This document shows positions 53,880 through 64,000 of a stretch of 64,000 nucleotides of DNA, in pieces. This DNA comes from Octopus vulgaris. Taxonomy: Eukaryota. The stretch spans positions 63,798,001-63,862,000 of the forward strand of contig OX597815.1 in NCBI GenBank assembly GCA_951406725.2. Reading direction: 5' to 3'. Under the pieces are notes generated by a model. The model made no database searches. It was not told the origin of the DNA and worked only from the letters and a program-made list of their open reading frames with translations. Numbering within the stretch: position 1 is the stretch's first letter; the number at the start of each line of letters is the position of its first letter. The position numbers and the translations under genes are program-made.

Positions 53880-54160
53880 ATGTTCATATATGCATGGATA
53901 TGTGTGTGTATTTATATATATATATATATATATATATACGTATGTGTGTATGTATGTATCTATATGTATATGTTTGTCCCCCCACCATCGCTTGACAACG
54001 GGTGTTGGTGTGTTTAAGTCCCCGTACACTTAGTGGTTCGGCAAAAATGACGGATAGAATAAGCACTAGTCCGTGAAGTCGATTTGTTCGTCTAAAGCCG
54101 GAGGTCCAGCATGGCTGCAGTCAAATGCCTGAAACAAGTAAAGAAATAAAAGTATAAAAG
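53675..54160 (+). mobile_element. SINE type A
   Basis: Colinear with 6407-6840. Confidence 0.85.
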
Positions 54161-54253
54161 AATAACATACACACGCATACACACACATACACACATATAA
54201 ACACAGACATACACGTGTGTGTGCATGTGTGCATGTATGTATATATGTATATA

Positions 54254-54369
54254 GAGGGTGGGGCAAAATGAGTTGACACAGTTGTAGGTTTAAAAAATCT
54301 TTTTCATTCTTCTCTCTATTCCGCTTTTATCAAACCTACAAATGTGTTAGCTCATTTTGCCCCACCCTG
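54254..54369. mobile_element. Tc1/mariner-type MITE (116 bp)
   Basis: TA|gAGGGTGGGGCAAAATGAG...CTCATTTTGCCCCACCCTG|TA, with imperfect TIRs of about 38 bp and TA on both sides. Confidence 0.8.
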
Positions 54370-54821
54370 TATATATATATATATAGCAGCGAATGCAATT
54401 GGCTGGACCACACGTGCGTTTATCGTGATGGTAAAATCTAGCGTGCGGTCGAGTAAATTGTATTCTGAATGGGTTCGGCCGATGAGCTACAAATAAAGGT
54501 ATATTATGTGAGTAAAATTACATAATTTATTAATCTATTAATAGCGAAACAATTGTCCCGAAATAATTTGAATTTTTGTTATGTTTATTTGCCCTGTCTG
54601 CGCCAGTAGTTGTGCTAATATTCATCGGAAATATTTTTTATATGGTTGAAGCCCAGCAGATCTATTTTTAGTGCTAGAGTAGACCACATGGTGGTTTGCT
54701 CTCTAATATTTATGTATAAAATGTGTCGTAATCCGGGTTTTATATGCACTAAGCCACTTGGTGTTAAATGGATGTACTATTAAATTAGTATACAACTTTC
54801 TCACCCTCATTAATCCTTTAA

Positions 54822-55211
54822 TCCTTTACTTGTTTCAGTGATTTGACTGCGGCCATGCTGGAGCACCGCCTTTTAGTCGAGCAACTCGAACCCGGGACTT
54901 ATTCTTTTTGTAAGCCCAGTACTTATTCTATCGGTCTCTTTTTGCCGAACCGCTAAGTGACGGGGATGTAAACACACCAGCATCGGTTGTCAAGCAATGC
55001 TAGGGGAACAAACACAGACACACAAACACACACACATATATATATACATATATACGACAGGCTTCTTTCAGTTTCCGTCTACCAAATCCACTCACAAGGC
55101 ATTGGTCGGCCCGGGGCTATAGCAGAAGACACTTGCCCAAGATGCCACGCAGTGGGACTGAACCCAGAACCATGTGGTTTGTTAGCAAGCTATTTACCAC
55201 ACAGCCACTCC
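54822..55211 (-). mobile_element. SINE type A (well preserved)
   Basis: Full reverse-complement match to 6407-6840, with tail GGCGGTGCTCCAGCATGGCCGCAGTCAAATCACTGAAACAAGT. Confidence 0.9.
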
Positions 55212-55218
55212 TTAGTTG

Positions 55219-55284
<66 letters not shown>

Positions 55285-55290
<6 letters not shown>

Positions 55291-55601
55291 TAAATTAGAG
55301 ATAAAACCACTATTAGGCAAATCATACAATGAAAAACTTAAGACAATACATAAGATTATTTAATTTATATTATTTAAATATATAACAAAATTATTTTAAA
55401 AAATACAATTTTTAATAATTTTGTTATATATTTAAATAATATAAATTAAATAATCTTATGTATTGGCTTAAGTCTTTCATTGTATGATTTGCCTAATAGT
55501 GGTTTTGTCTCTAAATTAATATAATATAATATTTTACTATAAAATTGGATTCAATCCTAAATCTGATTTTTCCCTGTAAGTTTGGATTTATTCCCTAATA
55601 T

Positions 55602-55605
<4 letters not shown>
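55285..55605. repeat. AT-rich foldback (arms of about 115 bp) plus unpaired tail
   Basis: ttagagataaaaccactattaggcaaatcatacaatgaaa... is mirrored by ...tttcattgtatgatttgcctaatagtggttttgtctctaa. A related terminus occurs at about 7232. Confidence 0.82.
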
Positions 55606-55655
<50 letters not shown>

Positions 55656-56369
55656 GTAAGGGGTATTAGCCATCTGAATGTGGCTAGCCACTGGGGGGGT
55701 ACTGATGCTTTTAGCCCCAGGCGATCAACGTCACCAGAAGGACTTTAGACACTATCTCAGTGCCCTTGTGTTATTTGCAAAGGGAGGTCATCCTCCCTCG
55801 AAGACCCGTGTACTACATACGGACTATAGTTTCAAGGTAATTGCCTCTCGTCAAGTATGTTGAGTGCACAAATGGACGGAAGACAAACACAGAAGATCCC
55901 TAATTCTTCATCAATTACCAACCTGATGGCATTACTCAGCTTCGCACCAAATACCACCTGGTTACCCACACATACACACATACTTGCAGTACACAAACAC
56001 ACACCGATAAATGACACCTAATGCTTCTTTGACCTTACTGTGAACCCAGTGTTATGATACCCAGCCAGTACACACACACACACACACACACAAACACACA
56101 CGCAAGCATACGTGCATACACACGCACAGGTGACAAACGCTTAAACACACATATTTATATTATCTAATGTCTCTCTTGGTCAATATACCTGCATCTAGAA
56201 AGTTCTTGTTCTGGATAAAGTTCCCCAGTTGCCCGTTCACCAAATGTCTCTTCTCGCTCCATCCTGCGCCAGTATTGTTCAGAGAAGGAAAATACAAGGT
56301 CTAGAGATACAGTTCCATACCTGTGTCATCTCAGACCAAATCACTCAACCAGAAGAAATGCTATTCCTG

Positions 56370-56405
<36 letters not shown>

Positions 56406-57687
56406 TACACACACACACACATACACACACATACACACACAATCACACAAACACACACTCATACATACACACACTCTCCTTTTCTCTCTCTCTCCTTCCC
56501 CTCTACCACACATATGACACACATGCACTCGTATATACATACACACACACATTCACAGAGACACACACATATATATGTTTACACACATACACGCACACAC
56601 AACAAAGAGGAGTTGTGTCATGTGTATCCCTTAGACCACTCGAGTGAAAGTAAATTATTGAAGGCAAAGAAGTTAAACCAGTTAACATCAGATGCCGTAC
56701 AAAACAAAGACGTTCCAAATACATTGTTTCTTCGGTATTTGTCGACTGAATGTTTTGCATTACCAGGTAGTGTTCAACATACTAAGATGCAATACTTAGA
56801 CAAATCGTCAGCGCTGTATCCTGGAATCACTAGTTAATTCGGGTCTTACAACGAACATACATTCTCAACAAGGAGGTCCAACTTCGGCTGGTCAAGCTTA
56901 GACCTGTGTCGAAGAGACATCCTACTGACCCCAATCAATCACCTTTTTCCTGCCAAAGCTAGCTAAACGCTTTCTTAGCAACCTCTACGTTCTTCATGAT
57001 AACTCTTCCTATTGTTGACATGAAACTCAACATAAAACAAATTTTCTATACGAGAAGATTAACAGTTTCTTACAACTCAGTAGCCTCTGTTTTTATTAAA
57101 ACAAAAAATTGCAGCAAAGCTGCATGATAGTGGTGTCAGATGTAGCATACATACCATCATATAACCCGTTTTATTCTTCTCTTCCGTTTTACGAATTCAG
57201 TGTGCACATGGAGATTGTGTGTTCATACTGCTCTTTCCGGTTCACACTGAAAACTGTTTACAGATCACAACCATCCCACGAACCTGTGTTCGTGAGGAGC
57301 GCTCCACGTTCTGATGGTTGTGAAGTATTACATGAATACTTTATTAAGAAGTGAATATTCCAAAGTAATTTGAGAGACGAGTTATTGCCATTTTTAGAAG
57401 AGTAACCAAACACATAGAAGGACTTTGGCCCATCAAGGAAAAGGTTCCATTAGAATCTATTTGTGATACTAGACTCTTTTAGCATTTATTTCTCATGCCG
57501 CTGGTGTATTATCAAGTCTACAAGTGATGCTGTTTCGACGAACTCTCTCTCTCTCTTTAAAGCTTACTCTGGTATTAAAAAAAAAGTTTATTGTATTTTT
57601 AATGTCAATGTTTTCTTATTGTATTGTTATACTTGGGAATGGTCATCTTTTGCTGATTAAACACAAGCACTATTTATTTGATTTTCA

Positions 57688-57741
<54 letters not shown>

Positions 57742-58059
57742 TATTATTATTATTATTATTATTATTACTTTATTTACTGTGATCTCTTCAACGACTTTCT
57801 GTCCCACGTGTCTCCCCTTGTCCTGTCTATTCCATTTTGTCTTCCTGTGGTATGTATCTTTGTGTGCGCACGCGTTTACGCCAGTGTTTCTGTGTGTGTG
57901 TCTGTGTCAGTGTGCCTATGTGTATGTGTGTCTTGTGTGCGTGTATAAGAGTTTCTATATTATACTGTTTGTACTTCTGTCTTTTATTTTTTTTTCTTCT
58001 GTATATTTCTTTCTATTTTTAGAAAATTTCGTTTCACTTCAACAAGTTTGTTCAAGTTT

Positions 58060-58235
58060 TGGCAGGATAGAATTTAAGTGTCACTGCTCTAGCCACAAGG
58101 CAAAAGATTTTGAGTGGACGGCGGAGTGAATCGACATCACTGACCCCAGTACTTGCCTGGTACATTATTTTATCGACCCTCCGAAAGCATAAAAGGTAAA
58201 GGTGACTTCGATGGGCTTTGAACTCAAAACGTGTT
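58060..58235 (-). mobile_element. Nin-like SINE fragment
   Basis: ccccagtac...tggtacattattttatcgaccc...tttgaactca, comparable to 27360-27450. Confidence 0.6.
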
Positions 58236-59515
58236 TGTGTGTTAGCGTTTGTGTGTGTGTGTAAGTGTGTATGAGAGACAGAGAAAGTGAGAGCGTATGC
58301 GAGTGCGTTGTTTGTGCATGTGTGTGTATGTGAGTGAGTGAGTGAGTGAGTGTGTGCGTGTGTGCGTGTGTGCGTGTGCACGTGTGTGCGCGCGACGCGC
58401 GTAAACCAGGTTTGATTCAAGTGACTAGCACTTTCAGAATCTTGAGTTATGAAATCCTTATTAACTTATTGATATCCTTTATATTTCAATAGTAACATCC
58501 TTCATCTCTTGGATGGAAATTTTCTGGCAATGTTGCCATTCTATGAGTTCTAAACATCAGTAATCCTTTGGATCGGAGAGACTTCTTTGTGATGTTGTTT
58601 CACTGTGATGATGGATGACTCTATGTATGGTCATTCCACCACCATCACCACCACCGCCACCGCCGCCGCTGCCACTGCTAGCACCATCACCACCACCATC
58701 CTGCATATCACCCACATACATCAAACTCTATTAATGATCTACTCAAAGCTAAGTCAAATCAAGCATTCATAAAAGATGATAGCTCCACGTACTGTTCTCA
58801 TCTCTCTCTCCTAATCTCTCTTAATTTTCTCTTTCTCCCTCTCTCCTTCTTTCTCCAAATGCACACACACACAGACACACATACACATGCATACATACAT
58901 ACAGAAATTACGTTCACATGCATCTTGAAAGTGTATGGTCCAGGATCTCGATACCATTTTGGAATGGCAACTCAACTAAATTCCTCTGTGATCTATCACA
59001 GACATGAAAGCCCTCTAATCCACCAAACAAACACGCCTACGATGTTAGATTCATACGACAGAAGAACAATACGCATCTCATGTCATCATGTCACTTCAAG
59101 AGGATCAGTTCTTCGACTATTTGATGGCATTCTGTGTTGACGATCATTCTTTGACTCAGTCAGAATTGGGTTTCCCATTTGGTGCCAGAGGAACGCCAGT
59201 TATCAACTGCTACATACACTGTCTAAACCTTATTATATATACACTTAATAATATTGAGTATACAACCTATAAAGGGTGCTTATTATTAACACATTCTTCT
59301 ACATAGAAACATGCACGCATGCGTATACACACACAAGTATAACACATATAACAAGTATATACACATACGCACACAAGTATAACTATGTGTGCGTATGTGT
59401 ATGTGATGTATATATATATATATCACATATATAAATATGTATGTATTGATAGATGAATAGATGCACACACACGTTTATATACGGACACACACATACACAG
59501 ATATATATATATATA

Positions 59516-59550
<35 letters not shown>

Positions 59551-59560
59551 GCGTGTGTAA

Positions 59561-59613
<53 letters not shown>

Positions 59614-59728
59614 CATACATATATATATATATATATACATATATAATATACATATATCTGAATATATATATGTATGAAAGTATATATATATATATGTGTG
59701 TGTGTGTATATACACGCACGCGCACACA

Positions 59729-59829
<101 letters not shown>

Positions 59830-60349
59830 AGATATGTGTATATGTGTGGATATTCGTCTGTGTGTGTCTGAGTGATGTAGGTGTGCATGCATATGTGGGT
59901 ATGTGTAAGATGTTGATAGCTGATTGACTGCATTGATAACAAAGCTAAATCTGGCAGATCTCTAGGTTTATCATTTGCCATCAAATTTAGGTATTAATTA
60001 TTTCCCTTTCTTGTGAAACATTCTCCCAGTTCTCCTTTTCCTAGAAATACATTCAAGAGTTTACCCAGTAATTCATCTCCCTGCCTCAAATATTTCAGTA
60101 AGAAGTATCATTCAACTGACGATGTTCGCGGTGTTTAAAGCCACAACAGTTGTTCCTGCACTCCACTCTTTTTCCTTTATTTCTTTTATGCCGTATCATA
60201 TTATTTTACATTGGACGATGTTGCGTTGATTTCGTGCTTTTCATAGCCGCCGTATTTGGTTTGATCATGTCCAAGCTTGCTATACATATATCAGTTGATA
60301 TCAGCTGTGGTTGTATTCTTTTTATCTTATGTCTTGCTTTTTTTTCTTT

Positions 60350-60471
60350 TTCTTCTTCTTCTTCTTCTTCTTCTTCTTCTTCTTCTTCTTCTTCTTCTTC
60401 TTCTTCTTCTTCTTCTTCTTCTTCTTCTTCTTCTTCTTCTTCTTCTTCTTCTTCTTCTTCTTCTTCTTCTT

Positions 60472-60500
<29 letters not shown>
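60350..60500. repeat. Pure (CTT)n tract, about 50 units
   Basis: Direct reading. It produces the poly-S, poly-L, poly-F and poly-K ORFs. Confidence 0.97.
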
Positions 60501-60502
<2 letters not shown>

Positions 60503-60756
60503 TATATATATCGTCCGTTTTTCTGTCCCTGTTTCGTATACATTTGATCCTTTTTCCAAGAAATCTAATGCTCGTAGCTTAGTTTTTCCTTGGGGCTGGC
60601 CGGATCGGAGCGATATCAAGATTAATCAGCCGAAATTGCGAGGATGATCCGGTTCTTGACTGAAGATTGAAGGCTTCGAATGTCCCGTCCGTGTTTTTTG
60701 TATCGACTTCTAAATGTTTTGCGTTCTTGTCCCAGTTCGTATTTTTTTACATATAC

Positions 60757-60849
<93 letters not shown>

Positions 60850-61489
60850 ACCCCCCACACACACGCGCACCAAAAAGGTTCATACACATGTCTATATACG
60901 CACATACCCGTATGCACGCACACACACGCCTATATACGCGCATAGCCGCACACGTCTGTATATGCACACACACACACACGTTCATACATCCGTCTATATG
61001 CGCATATACACAAGAAAAAAAGGGCTAATGGCAAAAATGCAGGAAAATGTGTAAAAAATATATAAGCAATAAACCTGTAAACCAATATCTCTATAAATAT
61101 GTAAAAAATATATGTATAAAAAATAAAAAATATATAAATAAAAATATATAAGAAATATAAGTAAAAGGTATAAAGAGATAAAATGCTTATACGTGGACAC
61201 AATATAGAAAGGAAGGACCAAAAACGTAACAAATATTTGGCCACGTATGGGCATAATCCGAAATGTTCAGTTCTTGAATTCAGAGAAGTAGCAGGGTCTA
61301 AGCTGCTTTTCCAGCTTGTAGCGTAAACCCTCTGAACCCGGCGATAAGTATAACAACCGTAGGAAAGGTGTAGTTGGAAGTATTTATTGCAGTGAAGTCT
61401 TCATTTCTTAAAACCCGGGCACCTGCAATGTATTTCAGTAAATTACTGTTGTTGTTGTTGGTTTGTTGCTGCTATTGTTGTTGTTTCTA

Positions 61490-61675
61490 AGTGGTAAAAT
61501 CGACAGATCGTTAGGCAAGATGGTTAACGATTTTGCATCCGATTCTTTAAGTTCCGAGTTCAAATCCCGCCGGGTCCGAATTTGCTTTCCGTCTTTTCGG
61601 AGTCAATTAAATACCAGTGGAGCACTGGGGTCGACGTAATCGAGATTTCAGGCCTTGTACCTGTAGTAGAAATGA
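61490..61675 (+). mobile_element. Degenerate Nin-like SINE
   Basis: GAGTTCAAATCCC...ctttccgtcttttcgg...taccagtggagcactggggtcgacgtaatc. Confidence 0.6.
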
Positions 61676-61811
61676 TATATTATTACTATTATTATAGCCG
61701 TCATCATCGTCGTCGTCGTCATCGTCTTCATCATCATCATCTTCCTCCAATTCATCATCATCGTCATCATCATCATCATCACTCTTCTTCTTCTTCTTAT
61801 TATTATTATTA

Positions 61812-61846
<35 letters not shown>

Positions 61847-61860
61847 GCTGTTGCTGTTAT

Positions 61861-61915
<55 letters not shown>

Positions 61916-62590
61916 CACACATACATATATGATGTATCGTGCTTTTATTCCCGCATCTATTTTATTTTACACAAACTATTTCCCCTTCCATGGGAAGGTA
62001 TTAAGATGTTTGTAACTTTCAACATTTATTCTCTCGGCTTCATAATATCCTTTATTATTCGTTCATAGGGGTGAGTTACCGCCATATTGTTACATATATT
62101 TTATAGTGGTTTATTGTCGATGTTTCTTCATACATTTCCATTTCAGATTTGTACAATATTTATTGAGTAATATGCCTGTTACGGTTTATTTCTTGCTGAA
62201 GCTGACGTTACATTTGTTTCCATATTTTCAGAGTAAAAAGCAGATGTATGTAGACATTTTATATGTAAGCAGAATAAATGGAAATAGGTGTAGGCAAGTA
62301 TATGAAGAACTAGAAGTATGTAAATATACATAGCTATAAATGTTTTCAGAAATATGTATGCAGATGTATATAGAAGCATATTGTATGTAAATGTATTTCT
62401 GTTTTAGATTTAGACCTTCTGTTTTAAAAATATTATTTGCGTCTAAATATTAATCAATAATTCAGTATACATACATGCATATAAAACATACATATATACA
62501 TACATACACATATAGATATGTACATATATATGCACACATACGTGTATATATATATATATATATATATTTGTATGTATATATATATACATT

Positions 62591-62648
<58 letters not shown>

Positions 62649-62654
62649 TACATA

Positions 62655-62744
<90 letters not shown>

Positions 62745-62747
<3 letters not shown>

Positions 62748-62870
62748 TAATCCAAACAAGAAAACACAGAAAAAAAGAGAAAAAATGAGAAAAAAACACA
62801 GCAACGCAGGACGTGGAACAATTAAAGTATTATTGACGCTCAGGAAAGCAAGGAAGGAGAGGAGGAATAT
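62745..62870 (-). mobile_element. PLE extreme 3' terminus (family of 34590-34800)
   Basis: aagttaatccaaacaagaaa...ggacgtggaaca...gacgctcaggaaag is shared with 34590-34690. Confidence 0.6.
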
Positions 62871-63716
62871 ATTTCTGTGTGCGTTAGAGGTTGAGAAACC
62901 AACTAAGGGATAGTAACTCTCCAATATACTGCTGGTAGTGTACCCAATTATTCATACCCAAGTGCTAGTTATTGCATGGCAATCTCGCAATTGAGTATTA
63001 CATATGGGCGGGGGTAAAAAGTGGTTTACCCTTGATTTATACGACAAATAAGAAAATGGAGAGGATATAAAAATCGACAGACACAAGTAAACATTCCAGT
63101 ATATCTATTTATTCAAATGTATTGGATGAATTCACACATGTATTAGTGGTACAGATAATTAAATACAAAAAGTTGGTAATTGCATAAACAAAGGTGTGGA
63201 AGCATATAAGCATATAGTAACAAGTGAGTAATTGAGCAAATGAGCAAATGAGTAGATTGTCACTAAAACCGAATGTGTATGCGGGTGCTAGTTGCTTACG
63301 GCCGTTTCTGCCAAGAGGCAACGAAATCTTCCAGGTAATCTCAATCTCTTCAGTGTTATGCAAGGATGAGCAGATAAGGCTCGGATAATGAATGTACCCC
63401 TAGGCTTCTTCAGAGGGTCTAAGTGGTTGGGGTGGGATAACACATATAAAAATCAGTTAATAATTGCTACAGTGTGTTTGTCTTTTTGAAATAGAGTAGA
63501 AAAAGAATAAGAGTAAGAATAAGAACAAGTACGAGAATACACGTGAAGTACATCATATTTTAATGATTTGGGCATAGCAAGGGGAAATAAGATACAGACT
63601 TCCCGTGATGTATTATAAGATCCATGTTATTTCATCCATTGGTGGGTAGGTGAATATAGTCGTTCTCAGTAGGAGTTTTTACAGGAAGGGTAATTTTAGG
63701 CAGTAGTTCCCATTAT

Positions 63717-63777
63717 GTTTCCATAGAACTTCAGTGGTGGGTTACCATCAGACCCACCACTGAAGTTCTATGGAAAC
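63717..63777. repeat. Perfect 26-bp inverted repeat with a 9-nt loop
   Basis: GTTTCCATAGAACTTCAGTGGTGGGT-taccatcag-ACCCACCACTGAAGTTCTATGGAAAC. Confidence 0.95.
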
Positions 63778-64000
63778 CAGTCTACAGTTCAAACTTCATT
63801 AAAAAGAAATGCTTAAAGCCTCGAAGTTTCCATTTCTTTGCTTCGACGCGCAAGGATTCTTCTCTCCTGTTTAAGATATGACCAAATAAATTCAGAATCT
63901 TAAGTTTTCTAGTTGTATGTTGGTAATTGGCTGTGGATATCGAGTCTCTTGTTTTTGCTGCAACACCACATTTTATTATGTGTTGCTGCCATCTTCCAAC

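Noticed and set aside
56560-59200. Possible RTE-like LINE remnants (LNKEVQLRL..., LRLFDGIL...)
   Set aside because: Only a few short, degenerate peptide hints were found, and boundaries cannot be supported.

Overview
This is eukaryotic, AT-rich, extremely microsatellite-dense DNA: (TA)n, (CA)n, (GA)n, (TATG)n, (GATA)n and trinucleotide tracts. The repeat landscape resembles octopus/cephalopod genomes, which is inference only. I cannot support any host protein-coding gene, and most entries in the ORF track are translations of simple repeats. The window is a nested transposon landscape. (1) Many tRNA-derived SINEs of at least four types. (2) CR1-group LINEs: one near-full-length copy has a Myb/SANT-like plus CCCH ORF1 and a 998-bp solo LTR inserted in its endonuclease, and two 3' fragments lie head-to-head. 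(3) Penelope-like elements (PLEs) with Neptune-type, Naiad-type and Poseidon-type signatures. (4) A deleted Helitron with a PIF1 helicase and a three-unit tandem array of a non-autonomous Helitron. (5) MITE/foldback elements and a decayed ORF1-like frame missed by the ORF track. The most interesting signals are a set of minimal type I hammerhead ribozyme motifs in PLE termini, including one fully canonical GUC hammerhead and a U3-A8 core variant; a recurrent 'inverted terminal copy plus unpaired tail' architecture; a SINE/LINE shared 3' stem-loop; and a precise rolling-circle CTAG|TC junction. All alignments and folds were made by eye, and element boundaries are approximate unless stated.
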